Part shown: positions 25,779 to 37,464 of the stretch, one piece after another
Layout of the letters: each line of letters opens with the position of its first letter
Numbering within the stretch: position 1 is the first letter of the stretch
Assembly: GCF_036321535.1 (NCBI RefSeq)
Contig: NC_087437.1
Span: 82,338,001 to 82,402,000 of the forward strand
Direction of reading: 5' to 3'
Source of the DNA: Camelus dromedarius
Lineage: Eukaryota
Length of the DNA: 64,000 nt
Made by a program: the position numbers and the translations under genes
Notes under the pieces: model-generated
The model's input: the letters and a program-made list of their open reading frames with translations, nothing else
What the model was told of the DNA's origin: nothing
Database searches by the model: none

Positions 25779-28700
25779 GCCTTAAAAAAGTGGGTGTATA
25801 ACTTTTTCTTGTTATTCAAATATATTTCATTTTTTGAAAACAAAGCCTTTTTTATTTTCCTAACATGGCAAGCCTCAACCAAAAATATCACTAATAATAG
25901 CTGGAAAAAGCAAACCGACCATTCTGAACTCTTTCCAAGCTCTTCCCTCAAGGACTTCACTCTCCTTGGAGTTTTCATGTATAGATGCTTACAACCCTCA
26001 GGTTAAGAGTCACCTGTTAAGAATGGCTCAGAATCTTTACGTAGTCTTTCCCTTAGTATATCCCTTAATATAACACAAACCCAATAGCCAGAAACTTTCT
26101 GTGGTCTTTTTCCAAATGTCCTTGAACCCTAGTTCCAGTTGAATGTTCGGGAAGGGCTCAGCAATGATGAATGAAGTACACACAAATTAAATATGTCTGG
26201 AATGACCACATTTTCCTGGTACTTTATGGAATCGTGAGATTTCAAAAACCACCAGTCCAGATCAGATTTTCCTTGTTTGTCAATGAATATGGAATGTGGG
26301 GTGGAATCATAGAATGTTCAAGCTGGAAAACTCCTAAGAGTTCATCTAGTCCAGTTCTTTATTTTACAGAATCGAAAGCTTCATTGCCTGTTGGCCATTA
26401 TCTGGTAACTTCAGGCTCTCTCTGATCTCACATTCCTTGGGTTCTATCCAGACGCAGGTCTGAGATACACTGTGCTCCTAGAGAAATGCATTCCACTTGG
26501 ATAAAGCAAAACAAAAGCCCAGCCACCTATTCTGCTAGCAGACAGGAGTATAAATATGCAGTTCTGAGGGTGCATCAACAATCAGCTATGCTGCAGTTCA
26601 TTAAAATGAGGCTTATTTAAGTAGCTCTTTGCTTTTCCCCTAAGGTCATGCATTTGGGTTCCTTTAAGGTTTTTGTTGGTCCCAGTAGTTCAAGATTCTT
26701 GATTTATTTTATTTTACGTAGGTATTTGTTGAAATGTAACTGCAGTTTGGGGTAAATATCCTGGATGTAGAGAAGTCTGATTTTCTTAAAACACCTATAT
26801 CTTCAAGCCTACTTTACTTTGTCCTTAGAAAATTTCTGTGAAAGGAATTCAAAGCTCTCTCAAAAGAAAAGAAAAGAAGAGAAAAGAAAAGGTGCAGTTA
26901 GGTTTTTGTCTGCTCTTGGCTCTCAAAAAATTAAGTTTGTGGCAAAACTACAGAACCACCAAGGTTTGGAGTTGTCACTACAGAGGATGAGTGGGTGATA
27001 TTTGAGAAGGTAGTCTCAGCAGGAGAAAAACAAGGCTACTCAACTCCGTTATTTATTTCCTTTCCTCTCCACGAGTTTGCTAGAAGAAGCTTCTGGGTCC
27101 TCAAGTGGATTTGCCTTGTTGATTCATTTCCTTGCAATGTCTCCCACACATGTATTGTTGTTTTTAATTTTCACCTCTCTTAACAGCCAAATATAGGAGG
27201 TTAATCCTGTTTATATTGTCCTTCCTCTCTTTTGAGGGGGACTGAATAAGTCACTATCCCTGGGCTTGAATTTCTCCTTGAGCTGAATTGGCCAAGGCTA
27301 AAGCTGAATTGGACCTCTGGTTGCTGAGGAAGAAACATGTATTTTGTCTGCAGGGTACATGGAAGAGCTAAACAGTTAAAGTGATTGAGGTTCACTGTTT
27401 TCTTGGTTTATCTTCTGTTGAGAGTGTGGATAGCTTCCTGTTTGACTGGCAAATTCTCATTGGAGTGTATATGGGGGCCCTGGGTAGGGCTTGCTGGAAG
27501 GGAATCTGATTTTCCTTGGGGTTCTCTTATGAGCAGTTGGTGAAGTTGGCTGACAGTAAACTCTTTCGAGCTCTCTTTTGGAATTCTTCCTTGACACGCT
27601 TGCTTTTCTACTCCTTTCCCGCTCTGGTGGGTTAGTCAGGGCCAGTGGAATGTGACTGTCCTGCGAGCAGCCCTGGTGGATGGTCCCTGCCATTCTCTAT
27701 CACTCAGGTACAGGCAAGGCCCCCTCCCACTCCCCACTATCATGTTCCCTAGACAGATCTCATTCTCTGAGTTCTTTCAAGGGGCCAGTTTAATCTGATG
27801 GGATAATGGGAGGCCAGGAACACTTAGAGATTTTAAAAGCAGCAGTCTAGACAGCAAAGTGGCTACTGCTCTCTGACTTAAAAGGAAAGTCTCTAAGGGC
27901 AAAGTGAGACTATAGAGGAGGCTCCCTTGCCCGCCTGTCTTTGAGCTTGCCAGTAGGTTGCCTTGTTCCAGAGCAGTGAAACTTAGACCATGCTCTTGAG
28001 TTATATGCAACTTTCTGTGATCGTTCGGCCTCTAATGTCTGCGTGGACATCTCTTTCTCCTGGGCCCCACAGGGCGTCAGCAGTTCTAGGGCTCTTCCGA
28101 TTAATGCTGCCTGTGAATAAGCCTCCCGAATCACAGAACAGGACAAACTCCCATTAAGAGAACAAGCTTTTGCAAGCTTTATTCAATTCCCCAAGCCTAA
28201 GGAAAAATGAAAGTAGAACATGCAGTTGTTTATTAAACATTAAAAAAGCCAAAAAGTGAAAATGAAAGTTAAAAAGTAGCTATTTATTTAGCGTGTTTGT
28301 CCCCTTTCCCACTTCCTCATGAAGAAAGGAGCAGCATTTATACCACAGCAGCATGTGCTTGGATGTAAGGAACTCTAATCTAATGAAAATCCTGTGCTGC
28401 AGGCCGAGCTGCAGGGAGCATCTTGAGTGGCTCAGACCCAGGCCCTCAAGGCAGGCGATGGACACTGTGGTACTTACTTTGTGGTGGAATATCTGGAAAA
28501 AGCATTGGTTACATATTTGTAACCCTTAGCTAATGAGTCCCAGTCGGCAGAGGCTGAGCTGAACACCACACAGGCAGCAGACCATCAGCTTGCTTCTCAT
28601 GGATGCAAAGATGAAGTCAGTGGAATTGAGCCTTGTCTTTTCATGGAACCTGGCAGCTAATTTCCCCCTTAATTAGTTACAACACTGTTAACGCACAACA

Positions 28701-31700
28701 AAGGATTTTGTCATTTTCTTAAACAAAGTGGTGCTGGCATCCGGGGGTTTATTTTGTGTGTCGTTAAGCTTTCTTAAAAAAAAAGAAAGAAAGAAAGAAA
28801 GAAAAACAAGCTCAAAGGTCAGAATGTTCAGAGATTTTCTAGTGGAGACTGTCAGTTACCCGTACTCTCGGAGTTTCCTGAAAGCAAGCGTGATGACAGG
28901 AGGATATGCTCCATCTCCCCTAAGTCCTCCCCCGTGTTATAATAACAGTTACATTATAATTATGAGTTATTGTCATATTGTTATAATTACCACTGTTGCA
29001 AAAAATTGGTATTGTGGAATTTGCAGAGTTTGGATATTGAGAATCTTAAGTGGAGGTCCTTACTACGATTAGAGGAAAGAGGAAAAGACTCATGGGGTAA
29101 AATTGCAGAATGTTACTGCTTTAAAGGGCTTTGGGAATCTTTTAGTCTAGCAGTTCCCAAATTGCATCCGGTGGAATACTGGTTCTTAGAAATGGTATTT
29201 GAAAATAGGGTTCCAAGATAAATTATATCTGGGAAACATGGAACTCTATTTTGCCTCCTAGAGATACACAGTGCAACTTAAAACATTATAATCCCTTAGG
29301 AGTCCTAAAATGAAAAAAATTTTTTAACATAATTTTAAATGTATTTTTAATTTTTTGATTATGCAATATCTCAATATCTCTTGCCTCTCCTTTTTTTTTT
29401 CCTCAACATTTATGGAAACCAAAGCCTTAAAGTTACACAGCTAATTGGTGGCACACCCTGATCCCATGACTCTCAGGTTCCAGATTGTTACATAACTTGC
29501 TAAGGTTTGTGACATACTCCCTCTGTGACTCACAACTGAGGACTTGTGGAGTTGTGACTGGGTCATGTGTCTGCGGTCTGTGCTCTCTAAGATTTTGGTT
29601 TGCTGAGTTATTCTCCTGAATCTAGTGATGTTCAGGTGATTCTCCAGACTGAGGAGGAGACAGGCCTGTGCCTGGGGCTCATTGAAGAACTGTTGAGGGT
29701 TACAGGATGTCTGAGCTCCTGAATTTGAGAGGAGTTGGGTCCTGCTGCCCACAGGTGGGTACAGGGGACGGCCACCTGGCTTAGTCCAGGCCAGGCCAAG
29801 GCAGGTCAGTGAAGAGGTGATATGTGCCTTCAGAAAAGTTCACTGCTCTTTTTTCATTTCATTTATTGATCCCTTCCATTCCTCAACACCTTTTAATAAA
29901 AATTCTGTTCTGGAAGTTTTTATTCATACTAAGGTATAAATGACTGATCACTGTAATTAAAATTAAAGTGTTTTTTTCCATAGGGATTTACATTTGAACC
30001 TAAACCCCACACTAAAGAAGGAGAACTGGAGAGTGTATCTTGAGACAAGTGAGTGGGTTAGGGAGAATTTATAGGAGGGTATGTGGAATCTGAAAACCAT
30101 ATCAGAAAGGTAAATATCTATTCTATGTTTGAATTTGAATAAGGATAGTCTGGGCTCCAAAAGTACACATTTCTAGTCCTACCTAATATATACACATACC
30201 TTGACATTTTATTTTAAGATTTCTTTTCACAGGATGGATTAGCCTTGGTGGGTCCTTGGGAGTTGTGTATCTTGACTCTCAATACATGACCCCAGCCTTC
30301 TACTACTCAAGGAGATGGGTGAGCATGCTCAGTGCTGCTCAGTCCTACACACCCATTTTTTCTATAAAAGTGAGTAGCTGTCATGTACCAGGCTTGGGGT
30401 GAGGACCCAGTGACACAGAGACCTAAGTTGTGGCTTTTGCCCTCAAGGAGCTTTATGAGGTCCTGGTTGTTCTCCTCCTACCTTTCACTCTTAGATCATG
30501 ACATTTTTTGCCTATGTTTTAGTAGTTTTGGCATGGAACTCTGAATTTTTAATCTGTTTTTCTAAGTCTGTTGTCCATAGAGCCAAACTCACAGTGCGTC
30601 TTATCATTATTCAGCCTGGATTCTCTGGAATCCCTTCTTCTTTGTCTGTGAGCTTCCCTCTTCTGTGTGCTGGGTTTTCTTGTAACAGCCCTCATCGCGA
30701 CACCCTCCTGGAGCCCCACATGTGCAGACAGAAGGCAGTGCTCAGGATTGATGTTCCCTGTCCCCACCACCCCCTGAACCCATGGCCAGTGAATGTATGT
30801 GCAGGAATAGGAAACCCCAGCCCTCATCCCTCTGGTTGGGATAAACCCTGCAGCATAATTGATATTCCATAGCTCCCTTTAGGGATCAGGCTAAAGCCTG
30901 ACTGCCTGAAATCCCACCTTTGTTTGGTTGCTCCTTCCTCCCTGTCCAAATTCCCTGCTTGTCAGTGAGTCCTGCCTGAGGATCTGCCTCTGGAACCTCA
31001 CATGGGCTTTTGCTGACCTACTGTCAATAAAGAAGAGCCTTAATTTGAGAACAAGGCATCTTCTGTTTGACATATACATTTTCTCTCTCTAGAAACTGTT
31101 TAGAGAGTGGAGTGAGTTGCTCTTTCAATGAGATCCCATAGGTAAAAGCTCTTTGTACACTGTAGGAGCTACAGCAATGTGGATTATTATTACCCAGATA
31201 TGATTCTGTTTGCTGTAATTTTGAGTGAGGGAAGAGAAATCTGACCTGCAAAGTACATATCACAGTTTCCCTTTCTTAGCTTTCAACTGCATGGGGAGTC
31301 TATTTCCATTTCTAACACTTTCATTCCTCTGCTGCTGTGCCCAGCCCTGGCTACTGATTGTAGTGGGCCATGGAGTGGCATTCTCAGAGTAAGGGCTGCA
31401 GGACTGGCATGTTTAGTTCTCCTAGGGTTAGGTGTAGAGTGTGTCATGGGAAGGCTATAGATTACACTTGTTTTTCATAATACTTAATATGCCTTTATTA
31501 TTTAATTTGTGATAAGTTCTTACAATATGAAAGTACTTAACAGTATATAGTACTTCATGATAATTGTCAATCGTTTTTCTCTTCTATCTCCCTTCATGTT
31601 TGGCAGAGAAGAGAATTTAGCCCTTAATTTGAAAATAACAAATGAACCAGGGAAAATAAGCTTACTTACCAACAAGAAGATTCTTCTGTTACTTGTAATG

Positions 31701-31793
31701 ATGCAAAACCTTGTCCAGTTGTTCTTCTTAATGTCCTCATTTAATGATTGTAATAGCACATATGTTCCTGTTAAAAAAAATTCAAAAGAAGTT

Positions 31794-32757
31794 AAAACAA
31801 ACAACCTAATCCAAAAATGGGCAAAAGACCTAAACAAGCAATTCTCCAAGGAAGACATACAAATGATCAAAAAGCACATGAAAAAATGCTCAATATCACT
31901 AATTATCAGAGAAATGCAAATCAAAACTACAATGAGGTATCACCTCACACCAGTCAGAATGGCCATCATTCAAAAGTCCACAAATGACAAATGCTGGAGA
32001 GGCTGTGGAGAAAAGGGAACCCTCCTACACTGCTGGTGGGAATGCAGTTTGGTGCAGCCACTGTGGAAAACAGTATGGAGAGTCCTCAAAAGACTAGGAA
32101 TAGACTTACCATATGACCCAGGAATCCTGCTCCTGGGCATATATCCAGAAGGAACCCTACTTCAAAATGATACCTTCACCCTAGTGTTCACAGTGTCACT
32201 GTTTACAATAGCCAAGACATGGAAACAGCCTAAATGTCCATCAACAGAGAACTGGATAAAGAAGAGGTGGTATATTTATAAAATGGAATACTATCTAGCC
32301 ATAAAACCCGACAACATAATGCCATTTGCAGCAACATGGATGTTCCTGGAGAATGTTATTCTAAGTGAAGTAAGCCAGAAAGAGAAAGAAAAATACCATA
32401 TGAGATCACTCATATGTGGAATCTAAAAAAAAAAAAAAAAAACCCAAACAAACAACATAAATACAAAACAGAAATAGACTCATAGACATAGAATACAAAC
32501 TTGTGGTTGCCAAGGGTGCAGGGGGTGGGAAGGGACAGACTGGGATTTCAAAATGTAGAATAGATAAACAAGATTATACTGTATAGCAAAGGGAAATATA
32601 TACAAGATCTTGTGATAACTCACAGCAAAAAAAAAGTGACAATGAATATATGTATATTCATGTATAACTGAAAAATTGTGCTCTACACTGGAATTTGACA
32701 CAACACTGTAAAATGACTATAACTCAATAAAAAAAGTTAAAAAAAAAGAAAAAAAAA
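31794..32757 (+). mobile_element. Young 5'-truncated LINE-1 (ORF2 C-terminal ~210 codons open, 3'UTR, poly(A))
   Basis: Encodes [21 protein letters not shown]...[18 protein letters not shown]...[10 protein letters not shown], nearly the same as the C-terminus of the full-length copy. AATAAA and A tail at ~32726-32757. Confidence 0.96.
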
Positions 32758-34759
32758 TTTTTTAAAAAGTTGTTTTTTTCCATAGAGTCTTTGTGGTGTC
32801 TGCAGTCCCACAACGCCTTTTGCCATTGGCATTTGTCATGGTTTCATTAGGTTTCATTGGGACTGAGGCATTGTTGGGCCAGCCTCTGTCCTCTGTTCCC
32901 ATAACCTACCATGTTTTTTGAATAATAAATATGCTCTTTATTATATATATTATATAAATAATAAAAGGATGCAGCAGTGGGTGCTGAAACCCCAAACCAA
33001 TCATTTTACTTGTATATGATAGTGATTCCAACAGTTGTAACCAGTGACAGAGCTCCAGTTAGGGCCTTCTACTCCCAGCCTACCCCCGTTCTCTTCCCTG
33101 GCTGTCACCAAGAACCCCAGATTGCTGAGATTCTGATAAGTGAATTTTGGGGCAACCAATTCTGTTCCCAGGTGTTCCACTTCATGATTTACCTCTGGTT
33201 TAGAGTGACGTGATAGAGATTTGCAGACCACAACAAGCTGGGGAACCACGATTCAGTGAAATTGCCCTGGAGGTCCCAGGTACAGCCCCAGGAGCACCTG
33301 GCCACGTGGACTTGGGCAAAGAGTCTGTTAAAACTACAAGAGACACTTAGTACATGAGAGACCCCCAGCCTAGGGCAACAAGTTTTTCTTTGATTCTTTC
33401 CCAATTGTAAACTCTGTACTCTTTATTTGAACAATTGTTATACTTGTTCTCATCAAACCAAAATGTGAGGTTCCTGAGTAATCCATTTGGTACCAATTTA
33501 CAGAAACATTGTTGAAATGTATAATTGTTACCTTGGCGAAAATATGAAGCATAAAATGATTCTATTTCTGACAACCCTTGTTCATCTTTTCTCTCATTTC
33601 GAGCTTATAATTCTGGCTTTAAATCTCAGATCAGTGTTCCCTGCCAAAATTTACAGTCTCTGTGCCTGAAGAGCTCAGGAGTGGGTTTTTTTTTTCCCCA
33701 GTATAATTGAGAATTCCCTTTATTTCATCCAAAGGATTATAAGATCTCAGTGTGTATCTTGCTGCTGAATTACAGATCCTTAAAAGCCAGTTTTGGTTTG
33801 CTGTGACTTATCTGAGGTTTCTCTCTGCCTCTAACTCTGCCTTTCTTTTGTACACATATTCTCAGAAGTGAATGTTTTAGGAATGCACAAGCCATGAACG
33901 CTACTTGGATGGGCTTGTCTTACAGCCCCTGGGCATCATGAAATCCTCAGAGAAAACTGTTCTTGAATTGCATGAGTAGATTTTATTGAATTAGATTCTA
34001 ATTTCTTGATGAAGAACCTCATCTGTATTGTATTTGCCATGAGAGATGCAACTGATACGCCTTGGACACATTCACAGACTGTAGGCTGTATGATACTGGC
34101 TTTTAGGTAAGTCAGGATTGAAATATCACTTTTCCCCACGGAGGCATCCCTGACTCCAAGCTCTTGGCACAAAGCTTGATTAATCAATTAGAGAAAGAGG
34201 TGGTGGCCAGGGGACTGCAGTCACTTGTGAACCAGTGTGGGCAACCTGAAGCCATCAGCCAAAATGTAGCCATTTCATCCTTGTTTGTACTGTCTCACTG
34301 GAGTTGATGGAAGTCCACAACATGCTTTGTCTAGTGTTCCAAAGCCACATACACATACCTCAGCCTAATGGCATCAGATTGCTGCTGAAAAGAAGAGTCC
34401 ATAGAAGTTTCTACTCCTACTTGTAGGGCTAGGTTTACATGCTGCATAGGGTTGGCTTGAGAGGAGCCTGCCGTGTTCTGGCTCTCTCCCCTTCTCTCCT
34501 TCTCTGGATTTATCATGGATGCTGGAAAAAAACAATAATCCTTTCCCCATGCTCAGCAACGCCACTGGTTCTTCAAAAGTACAGCCCACTGCTCTCTCTA
34601 CTGAGTGAAGTGTTGAGGGAGGCAGAGAGTAAAGATGGAAAGGTGTCCTTGGAGACAGGAAGCCCGATTTCTAGTTGGAGTCCTCATGTGACATCCCAGC
34701 ACTGGTGTTTCCCTTGAGAAAGTGAGGGTGCTGGACACTCTCATGCAGAAGGCCAGATG

Positions 34760-34935
34760 AACAGTGGAGAAAGATAGGTCTACTTGGGCTCACACTCTGG
34801 TTCTACCATTTGCAGCTCTTAGATTTTGTGCCACTTTCCCAGCTTCTTTAAGATGAGGTAAGTAATACTTGTGGAGATATTAGGATTAAAGATAATAGAG
34901 CATGAAAATTTCCATTGTGGTGGCTAGTATTATTA
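34760..34935 (+). mobile_element. MIR relic
   Basis: CTCTGGTTCTACCATTTGCAGCT...AAGATGAGG...GGATTAAAGATAAT...TATTATTA. Confidence 0.5.
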
Positions 34936-35309
34936 TTACCTACCCCATTGTATTTGTGTTAGAAACTGTTGTACATTTAAGTGGCATCATACACGAATTT
35001 CTTGGCATATCTATCTCTTGGATAACTAATGTTTCTTTTTACATCAATATCTCCTTTTATCTTTAAAGAGAGAATTGCATACAAAGATGAATCAAAATGC
35101 AGTTCTTTTGTCTCTCTATTCAGCCAATATTTTTTTGAGTTTGAGTTACGTTTATTAAGTCTGTTTTATGCCAGGCAATGTGCCAGATGTTGGGAATACA
35201 AGAATGACTGGGTACCTTGGTCTGCCAAGTGCTGTTAATTCTGTTGGGAGGGGAGACAGAGACAGAAACAGAACATTTTGATGCAATTTGATCAATGCTG
35301 TGCACAGGG

Positions 35310-36325
35310 TGTGGCAGCCACTGTTAGTTGCCTTCCCAGTAACTCCTCCCTCTTTGTAATTGACAGAAGCCTGATTTTGTTCAGGCTGGCAGGGTGTCCA
35401 GCTAAATTCTGGGCCCCCAAGGCTCCCTTCATGCCAAGTGTGGCTATGGGATAGAGATCTGATGAGTGGGACACACACAGAGGTCTGATGGGGATTCCAG
35501 TGGAGCGCTGTCCTGATGAATAGGGATTATCACAGTGGACACTGCCCTTCTCCCTTTTTGCTACTTTGAACACCAACCTAATACCCAATGATGCAGCAAC
35601 CATCTTTAAAAAATAAAATTGTATATATTTAAGGTGTACATTATGATGTTTTGATATACCCATACATAGTGAAGTGATTAATATAGTCAAGTTGATTAAC
35701 ATATCCATCTCCTTACACAGTTACCATCCTTTTGTTGTTGTTGTTGTTGTCAGAGCACCTGAAATGTACTATCCTAGCAAATTGCCAGTATACAGTACTC
35801 TTACTAACTATAGTCATGCTGGAAATTGGATCTGTAGACTTGTTTATCCCACAGAACTGCACCTTTGCATCTTTTGACCAATGTCTCCCTATCCTTTCTT
35901 GCCCCTGGTAACCACTGTTCTACTCTCTGCTTCTATGTAGACTCCACGTAGAAGTGAGATCATGCAATATTTTTCTTCCTGTGTCTGGGTTGCTTCACTT
36001 AGCATAATGTCTTCCAGGTCCCTCTATATGGTTGCAAATGGCAGGATTCCTTTCCTTTTTAAATCTGAATAATACTCTGTTGTATATTCACGTGGACACC
36101 ACAACTTTATCCATTCCTCCATTGATCAGCAGCCATCTTATGACTCTGAAAAAAACAAGTATGAATGAAAAGATAAGAGAATTCCCTGGTGTCGTCGAGC
36201 TTCTGAATAGATGCTAGCTGCTGTCTAGATCCAAAATCTTGTTATGTGAGAAAAATACACCTGCATCTGTTTGAGCTGCTGTAAAGTAGGTTTTCTGTTA
36301 CTTGCAACCAAAGACATTCCTAAAC
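35310..36325 (+). mobile_element. MLT1J-like MaLR LTR split by an L1 insertion
   Basis: 5' part TGTGGCAGCCACTGTTAGTTG...CCTGATTTTGTTCAGG; 3' part GAGAAAAATACACC...TTTTCTGTTACTTGCAACCAAAGACATTCCTAA, a typical MLT1 end. Confidence 0.7.
35607..36126 (-). mobile_element. L1 3' end (L1MA-like) nested in the MLT1 LTR, with 13-bp TSD
   Basis: AAAATTGTATATATTTAAGGTGTACA...TTCACTTAGCATAATGTCTTCCAGGT. Flanks are CAGCAACCATCTT (35594-35606) and CAGCAGCCATCTT (36127-36139). Confidence 0.85.
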
Positions 36326-37127
36326 AAGACAGCACCAGGGGAGTATGAAGAAAAGAGGTATTTCTTGTAGAGTACTAAATAGCAGAGAGGAAGTACTATG
36401 GCTCCAGGCAGAAAATCTGCCCTCTGTTGCATGGAAGAAGTGTTTGCCCAAAAGCCTCTCATTTGTCAGTGAGGAGGTTCTCACCCATGATCTGGACTTC
36501 ATAATACTACTCAGGATGCAGTAGAGAGAAACACAAAACTTAGATGGAGATTCCATTCCAATTTGAGACACATTCCCCTAGAGTCTTCAGAGAACTACAG
36601 TCTGTAAGCAAAGGCCAAGCTAATCATGACGTCACCACCTAAGTGACTCCCATGTGCTAAGGGACTGAGGCTGGGACCTCAGTTTCCTCTGACCCCTCTC
36701 ACACCAGAGCCCTGTGTAGTCTCTGGTACACGTTAAACCCTTGTCACATTTTTCAGAAGCAGGGCCTTGGAAACTCTGACTGGGCCAGATTCACAGATAG
36801 ACAGCTGCCAAGACTAATAGACGTAGACAGTCTTTCTGCCGCCCTCACAACTCCCAGGGAGATACCTGCTTTTTCCAGTAATTCACTTTTCTCTCTCTGT
36901 CTGCCCTTTAACAGGCACAATTTGAGAGTCTCACAGATGTCTCTGGGGAAAATAACTGCTTGTTCTCACACATGCCTTCAGGAGACACATTCCTACTCCC
37001 TCTGTTCCTCTCACAGAGTACTTGCCCTTCCTTGGCCCTTTCTTCAAGCGATCCTGATGCTGCAGCCTCACTCTGCAAGTCCCCATACACTCCAGCAGCC
37101 CTATTGGCACCCCGGACTGCTGGAATT

Positions 37128-37141
37128 TACATTCTTCTTCT
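37128..37141 (+). repeat. Left copy of the TSD of the full-length L1 (TACATTCTTCTTCT)
   Basis: Identical 14-mer at 44229-44242. Confidence 0.9.
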
Positions 37142-37464
37142 TCTTCTTTTTTTTTTTTTTAACATTTTTTATTGATTTATAATCATTTTACAATGTTGTG
37201 TCAAATTCCAGTGTTCAGCACAATTTTTCAGTTATTCATGGACATATACACACTCATTGTCACATTTTTTTCTCTGTGAGTTATCATAACCTTTTGTGTA
37301 TATTTCCCTGTGCTATACAGTGTAGTCTATTCTACAATTTTGAAATCCCAGTCTATCCCTTCCCACCCTCCACCCCCCTGGTAACCACAAGTCTGTATTC
37401 TCTGTCTGTGAGTCTATTTCTGTCCTTTATTTACGCTTTGTTTTTGTTTGTTTGTTTTTGTTTT

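Noticed and set aside
31773..32771. Possible TSD AAAAAAAATT...AAGTT around the 31.8-32.8 kb L1
   Set aside because: The two sides are low-complexity and differ in the middle, so a TSD cannot be called confidently.
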